From IMG/VR virus record IMGVR_UViG_3300001528_000074: 64,000 bases of DNA; one strand, written 5' to 3'. The position numbers and the translations under genes were made by a program. The notes beneath the pieces were generated by a model. That model was not told where the DNA came from and ran no database searches. It saw nothing but the letters and a program-made list of their open reading frames with translations. This DNA is from an uncultured virus (IMG/VR IMGVR_UViG_3300001528_000074) (taxonomy: Duplodnaviria > Heunggongvirae > Uroviricota > Caudoviricetes). Below are positions 1 to 10,887 of the stretch, in pieces (within the stretch, counting starts at the first letter, position 1; each line of letters begins with the position of its first letter).

Positions 1-969
1 AACAATGCACATGAGGATGAAACAGATATTCCTGATGATGTATTGAATAACAATACTTCATCCGAAGGTCTTGGTGGAGAGGATAATTCAACAGATGATA
101 CTACTCAGGAACAAACAGAAGAGATTAATACAACTGAGCAGGATAACATAGGATTATTCTTTGACGCATTCGCTGAAGAACTCGGATGGGATGTTGACGA
201 AGAAGAGAAACCTCAAACAGTAGAAGGTCTTGTAGATTATATGAGTAGAATAATAGAAGAAAATTCTACTCCACATTATGCAGATGACCGTATAGCTAAG
301 CTTGATGATTATGTTAAGAATGGCGGTAAGTTTGAAGATTTCTATCAGCGTCAGCAAGAATCTATATCCTATGATAATATGGATATGGAGGATGAATCTA
401 ATCAAAAGGCAGCAGTAAGAGATTACCTTAAGTTGCAAGGCTATAACGATGAGCAGATTACTCGTAAGATTGAAAGATATGAAGATGGTGATCTACTTGA
501 AGAAGAAGCCGAAGATGCTGTAGCTCGTCTAAAACAGATTAGAGAAGCACAGTTGGCTGAACAGCAGAAACAGCAGCAGGTTATAGCTGCACAACAGCAA
601 CAGCAGGCTGCAGAGTTTATGCAAAACCTTACTACTAGTGTAGGCTCACTTGAATCTATTAGAGGTATACAGATACCTAAATCAGACAGGAAACAATTGT
701 TTGATTATATTACTAAAGTAGACGCAGACGGTCTTACCCAATATCAAAAAGACTTTAATAAGAATCTTGTAAACAACCTCATAGAGTCTGCATACTTTAC
801 AATGAAGGGTGATACCCTTATAGGTGAAGCTACACGTAATGGTCGCACATCTGCTGCAAATAAGCTTAGAACTATGTTGAGACATCAAAGCACAAATCAT
901 TCACGCTACAATGTCAACGAAACTAAACAGCGTTCTGTCGTAGACTTAGCGTCACAGTTCTACAGATGA
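1..969 (+). CDS. Acidic, Gln-rich protein upstream of the major capsid gene (putative scaffold protein), 5'-partial
   Basis: Frame is open from base 1 (aac aat gca cat gag...) to TGA at 967-969. Acidic N-terminus, coiled-coil/poly-Q segment, position directly before the MCP as in crAss-like gene order. No TAG. Confidence 0.65.
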   Translation, partial: NNAHEDETDIPDDVLNNNTSSEGLGGEDNSTDDTTQEQTEEINTTEQDNIGLFFDAFAEELGWDVDEEEKPQTVEGLVDYMSRIIEENSTPHYADDRIAKLDDYVKNGGKFEDFYQRQQESISYDNMDMEDESNQKAAVRDYLKLQGYNDEQITRKIERYEDGDLLEEEAEDAVARLKQIREAQLAEQQKQQQVIAAQQQQQAAEFMQNLTTSVGSLESIRGIQIPKSDRKQLFDYITKVDADGLTQYQKDFNKNLVNNLIESAYFTMKGDTLIGEATRNGRTSAANKLRTMLRHQSTNHSRYNVNETKQRSVVDLASQFYR

Positions 970-986
970 ACACATTATAATAATTT

Positions 987-1994
987 ATGAATAATTCACT
1001 TTTAAACAATCTTCAGCTCTATCGTGGTCGTCGTTTTTCTGACCTCGTAGACGAGAATATGATTTCTAACGCACTCCTGACTAAGCCTCATGAGGTTTCA
1101 GGTTTGCTTTCCCTTGTATTTGGTACAAAGGATGATGGTGTATCAACAGCCATCGACCTTATTACTGGTGGTCTCGGTAAGACCATGATTATAGATAACC
1201 GTGAGTTTGAGTGGTCTGTAATGATCGATTCAGATCATGCTGTAAACATCCGCTATGCTAAGTGGAATGGTGCAGAGATCAAGTCTACAGATACAACTAA
1301 GACTCCTGGTATCAATGGTACTCCTATTTACCTCGGTCTTGAAGAGAAGTGGTTTGGCCCAGGTGCTATCCTTTCTTTTGATGATGTAAACTTCCAGGTA
1401 CGTGTAGTAGGCTCTCCTTATCAGGATGGTTCTACATGGGTATATGAGTGCTATGTAGCAGATGGTTTTGCTGGTTCATACATTCCAGTAGAATATCTTC
1501 TCCCTGGTCGTCAGGTAAGTCGTCTCGGATCTGCTTACGAAGAGTACAGTGATGAGGCAGATATCATCAACTATCAGACTCCATTTAAGATGCGTAATCA
1601 CCTTCAGACTCTTCGTCTGTCTTATGATATTACAGGTGATGCATATTCTACAGTACTTGCTATAGCACTGAAGGATCCTGAGACAGGTAAGTCATCTTAT
1701 TTGTGGGCTGATTATCAGTATTGGATTGCTCTCCGTGAGTGGAAGAAGCGTGAAGAGAAGGCTCTTCTGTTCTCTAAGAGTAACCGTAATGCAGACGGTA
1801 CATATGGTTTGAAGGGTACGAATGGTCGTCCTGTTCCTACTATGTCTGGTCTGTTCGAGCAGATTGCTCCAGCTAATGTTCGTTATTATACAACACTTAC
1901 AGCAGAGCTTCTTGAGGATTACCTCTTTGATCTTTGCTATAACCTCCTCGGTACTAATGAGCGTAAGTTCATGGCACTTACTGGAGAGATGGGT
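987..1994 (+). CDS. Major capsid protein, exon 1 (336 aa; spliced product ~506 aa)
   Basis: crAss-like MCP sequence and strongly biased codons. Ends ...RKFMALTGEMG at GGT 1992-1994, immediately before the intron; joins in frame to exon 2. Confidence 0.85.
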
Positions 1995-2977
1995 TAACTT
2001 CTAGCCCCTTATGATGGTGACGTCATAAAGCAAATCTATTTAATTGCTGGGAACTTCTAAAGATTTTAATAACATAGATTAACAATTAAAATATGTACAA
2101 TGGACAATCAGCAGCTAATACATAAACATAAACCACTTAGAGGGTTTGAATATCGTTATATTATATATGATAATGGTCAAGTGTATGACAAGTACAAAAA
2201 TACATTTTTAAAACCATATCATAACCGTTGTACTGTATACGGAACCAATAATAAACCGTATGCGATAAACACACAAAAGCTATTAGATAATAGTTTTTCG
2301 CAAATAGATCTTACTGATTTTGTTCCTGTGAAAGGGCATGAATCGTATGTCATAAATAAAACAGGTTCTTTATACAATACAAAGTCTAAACGTTTTGTAA
2401 GTACTACAATAAAAAATACATATATACGATATAATGTAAATTGGTCAAGGCGAATGATGCATGAAGTGCTAGCAGATCAATTTATTCCAAATCCTAACAA
2501 TTATAATTCTATAGACCATGTAGATTGTGATAAGATGAATAACAGTCTTTCTAATCTTGAATGGGTTGATTTGGAAGAGAATAAACGTAGAGCATATGAC
2601 AATAATTTAATGTATGTTGTAAAAACAATGACTACGTTTATTAAAGAGAAAGAAAATTTTACTTTACTGGGACTAGAGAATGCTAGTAAAGTATTTGGTA
2701 TTAAAAAATCTACTTTATGTACTTTAATAAAAAGATACGGAGATAAAGACATAGTAATACCGAGTGGTTCAATGAAAGGTTATAAAATAATAACTAGAAA
2801 ATGTAAATGTAAAGTTCAACGACTATCCGCAAAGGAGTAGGGATCAAGTGATTCCGAAATGGTAGATCTCTTAGTAGAATAAGAGAAAGATATAGTCTAG
2901 TCTCATATGAAAATATGAGGAGATCTTCTGGTCAAAAGATCTCGGTTTAAAGTAACGACTTAAACTAAATACAAACG
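1995..2977 (+). mobile_element. Group I intron (IA2-like) in the major capsid gene
   Basis: Exon ends in U and intron ends in G (2977). P1 gggU/gccc; P AATTGCTGGGAA 2042-2053; Q AATCAGCAGC 2106-2115; R GTTCAACGACTA 2814-2825; S AAGATATAGTCT 2887-2898; P3 atctatt/ggtagat; P7.1, P7.2, P8 and P9 hairpins. Removal restores the frame GEMG|IREFDRIL. Confidence 0.93.
2100..2882 (+). CDS. Intron-encoded HNH homing endonuclease with tandem NUMOD4-like N-terminal domains (ends 2840 if TAG=stop, 2882 if TAG=Gln)
   Basis: HNH motif HEVLADQFIPNPNNYNSIDHVDCDKMNNSLSNLEWV. Two similar N-terminal segments (KPLRGFEYRYIIYDNGQVY / VPVKGHESYVINKTGSLYN). Lies mostly between Q and R (P6 region). Confidence 0.88.
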
Positions 2978-3490
2978 ATTCGTGAATTTGACCGCATCCT
3001 TCGTGAGAAGGCTGCTTCATTTAACTTGATTGATACTACATTCGTTACTGGTTCTGGTCAGAACCTCACACTCGGTGGTCAGTTTACTACCTACAAGATG
3101 ACGAATGGTATCGAGCTTACAGTTAAGCGTTGCGCACTGTTCGATAATATGGACATGTTCCGTAAGCTTCACCCAATTACAGGTAAACCATTGATGTCTT
3201 ATACTTTCCTCTTCGTTGATCTCGGTCAGCGTGATGGTCAGGCTAACATCGTTAAGGTATGCCGTAAGGGTCGTGAGTTTGTTCAGTGGACAACTGGTGG
3301 TTCTGTAATCCCAAGTGGTTACGCTAATAACATCAATACACTTCGTTCTAACAGCCGTGATGGTTATCAGGTACACTTCCTCGGTGAGGAGGGTATTATG
3401 CTCCGTAACCCTCTGTCTTGCGGTATTCTCTACTGTGATGCAGATGATTCAGAGATCAATAACAGCATCGATGGCGTAACGATGGCGTAA
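2978..3490 (+). CDS. Major capsid protein, exon 2 (170 aa)
   Basis: Open frame begins att cgt gaa right after the terminal G at 2977, 16 codons before track ORF 3026. Same codon bias as exon 1. TAA stop. Confidence 0.85.
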   Translation: MREFDRILREKAASFNLIDTTFVTGSGQNLTLGGQFTTYKMTNGIELTVKRCALFDNMDMFRKLHPITGKPLMSYTFLFVDLGQRDGQANIVKVCRKGREFVQWTTGGSVIPSGYANNINTLRSNSRDGYQVHFLGEEGIMLRNPLSCGILYCDADDSEINNSIDGVTMA

Positions 3491-3507
3491 TAAATAATAT
3501 ATTATAA

Positions 3508-3548
3508 TAACGATCGAGCCTCCTCTTCGGAGGAGGTGTACGACGTTA
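3508..3548 (+). other. Stable RNA hairpin with cUUCGg tetraloop downstream of MCP
   Basis: CCTCCTC-TTCG-GAGGAGG at 3519-3536, with an outer imperfect stem taacg/cgtta. No U-tract follows. Confidence 0.65.
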
Positions 3549-3567
3549 CAACATACTAATTAAAATT

Positions 3568-4320
3568 ATGGTAGTTGAATTAAAGATTAAAAAGAAACAG
3601 CCATGGTCAGGTCTTATTAAGTATAAAGCATGCTTTGATTACATTGCTCCATACTTCACCAGATCAGGTTCTTTGTATACCGGATTAACTCCCGAGGAGG
3701 AGACAAAGTACGAAAAGGTTTTAGGTCTAGCAGAAGGTACACTCGCTAAATCAAGCCCTTACTGGAATACATTCTGTGTAAAGGTAGGTGCTCGTGGCGT
3801 ACTTCTAGATGATTCTATTCCACGTTAGGAAATGATTATTAAGTTCCTTAGTGGTCATAAGCGTGTTGCTACATCACTTGATAAACTTACAGCAGGTAAG
3901 GATTATCTTCTAATCAATAGGCAGGCTGAAGCTATTGAGCAGAATAAGATTAATAAACGCCGTAGAGAGGCTATACGTGAGTTTGATAAGCTCTCTCTTG
4001 ATCAGATGCGTAAAGCATTGCGTATCATGGGTGTTAAGTCTGATACACTGTCTAATGAGCTTGTAGAGTCTACATTGTTTAATCTTGTAGATAAACAGCC
4101 TGATAAGTTCTTTGAGAAGTGGGTTAATAACAAACAGAAGGAAACAGAGTTTATACTCGAGACAGCTATAGCTAAGGGTGTAGTTCGTAAAGATCGTACA
4201 CAGTATTACTATGGTACAGAAATGTTTGCTGATTCACTTGAACAAGCAATCGCATATCTTGATGCAAAGAAGAATCAAGATCTAAAGCTTTCTATTATCA
4301 ATCAGATAGAGAACAAGTAA
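3568..4320 (+). CDS. Conserved crAss-like protein downstream of MCP (250 aa, 1 in-frame TAG)
   Basis: Track ORFs 3568-3828 and 3832-4320 are in the same frame, separated only by TAG-GAA. Confidence 0.8.
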
Positions 4321-4332
4321 TAATTACATGAT

Positions 4333-4977
4333 ATGACGCACGCCGAAATATATACTAAATTCATGATCGAATATGACAAAGCAAATATTACGTCGTCATA
4401 TCCATCACTTACAAAATATGAAATTGCTACTATTCTCAATAAAGCATATCTGTCTTTAATATCTGGTAAAGTATCAGGGAACAACTTTAGGAAGATTCCT
4501 TTTGAGAATGATACTAAGAGTATACATGATATACAACAGTTGGTTACAACTGATATATGTACTTCTACAAATAGTGCAATAAGTAATAACGAATACTCTT
4601 ATAAACTTCCTATAGATTGTTTCTATGCTATATCTGCAATATGGGGTAAGTCTACAGCTTATATAATATCACATCAAGTATGTGAAAAGTATAGATAGAC
4701 TGATAGTAACTATCCTTGGATTAACAACCCTATGTGTTTCATACAAGGTGATGAGATACACGTTTTTGTAGACCCTGATAAGAAGGGAGATAAACAGCTT
4801 AAGGTTACATTTGTTAAGAAGCCTAAATCATTTGATGGTATTAATGAAGATACCGAATTTGAACTAAATGATCAAATGGCAGAAGAACTAATATCCTTAG
4901 CTATTATATATGCTACAGATATAGTACAATCCTCTAGATTTAGTACAATAACACAAACTTCTCAACTTGGCTCATGA
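4333..4977 (+). CDS. Putative tail ring / head-tail connector protein (214 aa, 1 TAG)
   Basis: 4333-4698 and 4732-4977 are in frame across TAG 4696. N-terminus MT..E...F..E, LNKA and LP.D motifs shared with the next two genes. Confidence 0.65.
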
Positions 4978-5747
4978 CAAACGAAGAAACAAGACAGTTA
5001 GGGATCGAGTTTGAGAGGAGACTCCAAACATTGGATCCTACGCTTATGTTAAATAAGCCAGATACAGATACAATCTATTCATTCTTGAATGAAGGATGTA
5101 ATACTCTACTTAGAACTATGATTGTTAGTCAGGATTCTTTACAACCTGAAACACGTTCTGACATACGTCTACAAGATGCTGTTAGAATGTTGATACGTCA
5201 TAGTAAACTCAAAGTAATTACATACGATGAGGAAGAGAAATCTGATATAGAATCCTTTAAAAAGTATGGAGATTGTTACTGTACTATCGCATAGCTCCCA
5301 TCAGACTTTTGGAGTTATGTAAGATCTTCTAGTATTGTAGAAAGAGTATACAATCAAGAAACAGATCAAGACAAACTACAATTAGTATCCAACAAGATTA
5401 TAAGACAATCTGACGTTCCTTCCATACTTGATAAACCTTATAACGAATGGTAGATACTACGTAGTCCATTAGTTGTATTAGAAGAGACATCTGATGAATC
5501 ATACATCAAAGTACTTCATGATAGATATACAGATATCGTAGGTGTAGATCTAACATACTATAAACAACCTAATAAGTTTGGTATTAACCCTATAGGCGGT
5601 ACTATTACAGCATGTGATCTACCTTATGAGATGTTTGATTTGATTGTCAATTCAGCTGTTATGCTCTATACACAATATAGAAGTCCTCAACCAAAACAAC
5701 AGTCACAACCTAAACAAGAAAAGGAGGTAAAGAATGACAGGAGTTGA
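4974..5747 (+). CDS. Putative tail ring protein paralog (257 aa, 2 TAG)
   Basis: ATGA overlap with the previous gene. Read-through of TAG 5292 gives LPSDFWSYVRSSS... to TGA 5745-5747. Confidence 0.65.
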
Positions 5748-6414
5748 AATACTATCAGCCTTTGAATTAGAGATAGGTTTGATAGATAATGAAGTAGAAA
5801 AGCCTGCCACCTCTGATTCTTTATACTGGATAAATCAAGCTATAATGAAGTTTGTTAAGACTAGGTTTAATGGTGATCAAGTTCACCAAACTGGTTATGA
5901 ACAAACTGAAAAACGTAGGAACGATCTAGATAAGTTATTCAAACAAGTAAACTTGGAAAAAGTAACTTCTGAAGATTTTCCTGATTATACACGTTATACA
6001 TACAATTATCCAGATGATTTCTTATATGCTCTCAATGAGGATGTAGAAATAAAGGTTGGTGATAAAACTAAGAGTACTTGTGTTTTCGAGTGTACGCAAG
6101 ATTCTTTTATGTACCGTATAAACAATAGTCTTACAGACTTTCACTTATACGGTGGTAAAGCTCGACCTATTCGTACCAGGACTAATAATGGTGCTTATCT
6201 TTATACAGATGGTAACTATACTATTTAGAAGTATACCATAGGTTATATAAAGATGCCTCAGACAATAACGCTAACCAATCCTTATACTAAGTATGAAGAG
6301 TTTGATGAATCTACTTGGTACGAAATTATTAAAATAGCAGCTCAATCGTTCTTAGAGAATAAGAAGGATGAGCGATATAAAACAATCACTCAAGAAGTGA
6401 TGTTGCAAGAATAA
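5734..6414 (+). CDS. Putative tail ring protein paralog (226 aa, 1 TAG)
   Basis: Read-through of TAG 6226 continues KYTIGYIKMP...WYEIIKIAA to TAA 6412-6414. WINQA and GYEQTEKRRNDL motifs. Confidence 0.65.
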
Positions 6415-6486
6415 ATTTAACGTGGAAACCCCAGCTGATTAGGTTCAGCCTTGTGTATAGGGGGAGTAGAAAAATTTAATTAAATT

Positions 6487-7521
6487 ATGATTACATACGT
6501 AAATACAGTACTCGTAGGTACTGGTCAGTCAGCTATTATCAACGATATTAGCACAGCTAATTCACTTAAGTACAATGCAGCTAACGTTGGTAAGCTCATT
6601 GTTGTTGACGCTGAAACAGGCACAGCAATTACTGCTAACTCAAATAAGATGAAGATCGGTATGGTTACTTCTAAGAAGTATACTAACCAGAATGGTTCAT
6701 ACCATATCATCAAGTGGTCTAACCCAATTCAGAAGGACGCTATTAAGTCTTACAATACTGGTGTATACGCTGCTGATTCACAGGAGCAGATTGTTATCGA
6801 CTTTAATAAGGGTTCACATCTTACAGAACTCGCCAAGGGTAACAAGCGTGTAATTCTTCGTCTTACTTTCAAGGATCTTCCTACGAAGTACCGCAAATGG
6901 TCAGAGTCTTATGAGTACGTTACTATTGCAGGTGACGATGCTACTAAGATTGCTGAAGGTCTGAAGAAGACTATTGATAAGAACTATAAGCGTGCTCGTA
7001 TTGTAGCTGTTGCTGCTGCTGGTAAACTTACTCTCACAGCTATGCCTTACGACGATGATGATATGGTTGATAGCATTAGCTGGGATAACACTGTACGTTT
7101 CAATGCAAATGTATGGTATACAGATCCACAGGCTGCTGGTTTCGCTTCTAAGAACAAGTATGCTCTTGGTTGTGAGATCGTAAAGACTCCAGGTAAGAAG
7201 TATCAGGCTTCTGCTAAGATCGTTCGTGATCGTGAAGCTATGGGTATGGGCTACCTTGGTATCCTTAACCGTGGTGAATGTACATGGCCAATAATCAAGC
7301 CAGACATGAACGTTAAGCTTGATGGTAACTACGATTACACTATTATCGAGTTCGAGAATATGTATCGTACCGCTGATGATCTCCAGCGTCGCACTAAGGA
7401 GTGTGTAGAGATCTACGAAATTACTGGTAAGCTGAATGCTGCTAAGACTGCTATTGAGCTCTTTATTAACGGCAATCCTTCTACTCAGTCAATTAATACA
7501 AATCAGGCTGTTAAAGCCTAA
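6487..7521 (+). CDS. Abundant structural protein (putative auxiliary capsid/decoration protein, 344 aa)
   Basis: Intact ORF with no TAG and MCP-like codon bias, inside the structural module. Function inferred from context. Confidence 0.5.
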   Translation: MITYVNTVLVGTGQSAIINDISTANSLKYNAANVGKLIVVDAETGTAITANSNKMKIGMVTSKKYTNQNGSYHIIKWSNPIQKDAIKSYNTGVYAADSQEQIVIDFNKGSHLTELAKGNKRVILRLTFKDLPTKYRKWSESYEYVTIAGDDATKIAEGLKKTIDKNYKRARIVAVAAAGKLTLTAMPYDDDDMVDSISWDNTVRFNANVWYTDPQAAGFASKNKYALGCEIVKTPGKKYQASAKIVRDREAMGMGYLGILNRGECTWPIIKPDMNVKLDGNYDYTIIEFENMYRTADDLQRRTKECVEIYEITGKLNAAKTAIELFINGNPSTQSINTNQAVKA

Positions 7522-7535
7522 TAAAACATATTAAT

Positions 7536-8363
7536 ATGGATATAAGGATTGGGAATACTATAATGATTAAAGTTAGTCCTGCCACAATAGGTGAGACTAA
7601 CTTTGACAATATAAAGTCGATCAAAGCTGTGTTCATAAGGAAAGAGAACGAACAACCTCAGTCCTGCAATCCTGCTCCGTATTGTTCTAGAAACAACATC
7701 TATCCTTGTTACAATGTACAACCGCACAACACTTGTTACTGTAACAATACTTGTGAATGCTGTTCAGAGCAAGCGGAGTATGAAGACAAGTTAGATCATG
7801 ACGATTTAGTTTTTACAGATGGTTTTGTACACTTTACATTTCCTGCAAACAAACAATCTCATTGCGGAGAGTATCTTGTAAAATTGTCTGCAGTTATCGG
7901 TAACGAAGATACCGATGAAGAAAATTGTCTGAGTTTGTGTATGAATACAGGTATAGAATTCAATCTTACTTGCGGTGGTTCTATGGGTCATGGTGTCGGT
8001 AAATCTTACACATTTACGTTAGGTGAAGGTAGTAGTTCTACAGATCCAGACGATCCTGTTGTAGGAAAGAAGAATTTATACTTAGGTATGGGTGACGAAG
8101 ACATTACTACCTTTGCTGAGATAGAAGCTCTTACTGATTTAGTGCATGAGTAGATAAGTAAGCTTACTGAAAAGGAGTTTGTTATCAACAATACTGTTAT
8201 AGATAAGTATATATGGTTCTGTTCAGAGTTACCTATATCTTCTATACAATCATCCAACTTTAGTGTACCTTATGTTACTAAAGCAGATGTAAACGGATAT
8301 TATTGTTATAGAACAGAATATCAAATTAAAAAATTAACTACTAACAGATTCAAATTAATTTAA
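7536..8363 (+). CDS. Putative fibre adaptor/hub protein with Cys-rich segment (275 aa, 1 TAG)
   Basis: Read-through of TAG 8151 ends at TAA 8361-8363, overlapping the next ATG (TAATG). The added C-terminus resembles the C-terminus of 8363-10870. Confidence 0.65.
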
Positions 8364-10870
8364 TGGCAACTATTAATCTTTACGGAACACTTACCTCTGC
8401 GGTAGAACAACCTATAGTAAACACTGATGAAGTCAAGGATCTTAAACTTAACATGACTCAGGAAGCGATCAATCAGATTGCTATATCAGGTTCATCTGCT
8501 TCTATTGACATCAAAGATTATCTTAACTCATCTAAGGTACTTCCTAAAGCTGCTGCTTATACAAATGGAGATGTACCATGCATGTTATCTGCTACTGCAG
8601 AAGGCCCGAATCACGTTGACCACACTCTGTATATACTCTCTTGTACAGGACAGATGAGTGCGTCAAACGGTATCGCTGGCAAGACTGTATATGTGTTTGA
8701 TGGTGATGCTAACTCTGATGGTTGGGTTTATCGGAGCACAGTAGAATTCTCAGACGAAGCTTCGTACAGATCCAATACAGACATTCTGAAAGCATTTGGT
8801 CTCATTCTTCCAGAAGCTACTACGACCTTCTCTGGTCTTATGTCTAAGGAAGATAAGGCTAAGTTGGATAACCTTGCTGATAACTATGAAGGTTGTACTA
8901 TAGTAGACATATACAAACACGAGTCTTTTAGTACTGAAAACGATAATATATTCATAGGTCACGATGATACTAGTGCTATACAATATGGACCATTTACTCC
9001 TGTTTATGGAGAAGAATGTATTGTATTCCTGGTATCAGAAAGCTCCTCTTACTTTGATCATTATCCGTATGTAGTTTATAAAAAGAGTGGCAATACCTAT
9101 ACATATTACAAAACATATGCATCTGAAGAGGAAATTCAAGAAGAGTTTGGCCACACTACTGTGAGTGGTTGTACAAACGCTCCTAGTAGGTTTGAAACTG
9201 AAAGTACAAAAACTTCGTTCAATATTAGCATTGCGGATGCTGGTAACCATTATACAAGCATACCACTTGCACTTGCAACTTCTACTACAGCTGGTATCAT
9301 GTCCGGTGATGATAAAGCTAAACTTGATAAGATTAGTCTTACAGCTACTGGTCAGATAGAAACCACTTGTGTTGAGGAAGTTACATATGACGCAGCTACA
9401 CGTGTACTTACTGTTAAGAATGCTAATGATGCTAAGGTAACATGTACACTTCCATTGGCTACTACAACTAATGCAGGTTTGCTGTCAGCTGATGACTATG
9501 CAATTATCTCAGATAGAGCATTTGCTTCTATCGATACAGTTAATTATGGTTCAACTGATGAAGGCGGTAAGATTACTATAACTGAGACTGAGCAGAATGG
9601 CCAACATCCTACTTCTGAAGTAACTATACCTCTTGCTACATCTGAAAAGAATGGTCTTCTTGATAAGAGTATTGTAGAAGATCTTTCAATATTTAAGGGG
9701 TTATCTAAAGTAGCAACTGGGCTTATAATACCTAATGACGACTTTTCTATATCAGATTTTGAAGACAATGAGAGTAATAATAGTATGTCTTCAACGATAG
9801 AACTGAGTGGTATTAATTATGCCCCAAATGGCCAAATTAGTTCAGAAAATTCGTGGTCTGAGGCTTCATCAGCAATAGTAGGTACTGTAAATATTTCATA
9901 CGCAGTAGCAGATAAGAATGGCGGTGTAATAACCAAGAATGATAAAGCAGTACTTGATAATGTAGCTAATCTTAAGCTTGTATTCAAGAATGGTCAGCTT
10001 GCATTGACAGACGGTACTAATGATTATCTCATTGATGCTTATTCTAAGACTCCTGCAACTCCAGGTCTCACAGCTTCTCAAACATTTGAACTTGTTAAGA
10101 ATGCTAAAGCTACTATCACCTTTACCAATAAGGATAGTAAGACTTGTACGCTTACTATAAATGGCGTTGATTCAGGTCAGGCTGCTACAGCTTCTGTTGA
10201 GCCAGGTAAGACTATTACACGTACTATCACATGTACAGCTGAGAATGAGTCTGCACGTTTTGCAGTATCCGTTACGGCTACACGTAATGGTCAGACTTCA
10301 ACTGCAGCAAGTGCCGAATACGTCGTTAAACGTAAGGTAAACACACCAATAGTCACAGTAAGTGGTGATAAGTACGACAAGGCTCGTACCATTACGGCAT
10401 CTACTGCTACTTCAGGTTCTACCATACAATATTCAACTGGTAGTTCTTTTGTAGATATGCCTTCTAGCGGTATAACTATTAGTAGTGATATTACAAGTAG
10501 AGCATACGGATTTAAGGGTGTACAAGCAGAATGGGTTGATTCTGACAACGCTTATACAGATGCTATACAAGTAGGCAAGCTTCCTGTATATGTAGGTTTT
10601 GGTGCTGCTACACTTTCTAATGAAGCTGCTATAACTTCTATGGAAGGTGTGCAGAAGGTTAAGAAGGATACTCCTGCTGGAACTTATAACGTAACTAACA
10701 CTACTACTGGTAAGTACTTCTGGATCTGCTCTGCAGGTACTGTTTCTAAGGTAACCTCAAGCGGATTTGGTGTGCCTATGAACGCTGTCACAATTGTTGA
10801 TGGCTATAAGTGTTATAGAACAGCCTCTGCTGTAATGATTACTGGTGTACAGGAATTCACTGTAGCATAA
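8363..10870 (+). CDS. Tail fibre-like protein (835 aa)
   Basis: About five ATxxxxGLMSxxDKAKLD-type fibre repeats, followed by Thr/Ser-rich Ig-like C-terminal regions. Confidence 0.7.
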   Translation: MATINLYGTLTSAVEQPIVNTDEVKDLKLNMTQEAINQIAISGSSASIDIKDYLNSSKVLPKAAAYTNGDVPCMLSATAEGPNHVDHTLYILSCTGQMSASNGIAGKTVYVFDGDANSDGWVYRSTVEFSDEASYRSNTDILKAFGLILPEATTTFSGLMSKEDKAKLDNLADNYEGCTIVDIYKHESFSTENDNIFIGHDDTSAIQYGPFTPVYGEECIVFLVSESSSYFDHYPYVVYKKSGNTYTYYKTYASEEEIQEEFGHTTVSGCTNAPSRFETESTKTSFNISIADAGNHYTSIPLALATSTTAGIMSGDDKAKLDKISLTATGQIETTCVEEVTYDAATRVLTVKNANDAKVTCTLPLATTTNAGLLSADDYAIISDRAFASIDTVNYGSTDEGGKITITETEQNGQHPTSEVTIPLATSEKNGLLDKSIVEDLSIFKGLSKVATGLIIPNDDFSISDFEDNESNNSMSSTIELSGINYAPNGQISSENSWSEASSAIVGTVNISYAVADKNGGVITKNDKAVLDNVANLKLVFKNGQLALTDGTNDYLIDAYSKTPATPGLTASQTFELVKNAKATITFTNKDSKTCTLTINGVDSGQAATASVEPGKTITRTITCTAENESARFAVSVTATRNGQTSTAASAEYVVKRKVNTPIVTVSGDKYDKARTITASTATSGSTIQYSTGSSFVDMPSSGITISSDITSRAYGFKGVQAEWVDSDNAYTDAIQVGKLPVYVGFGAATLSNEAAITSMEGVQKVKKDTPAGTYNVTNTTTGKYFWICSAGTVSKVTSSGFGVPMNAVTIVDGYKCYRTASAVMITGVQEFTVA

Positions 10871-10887
10871 TAATTAAAAACAGAAGA

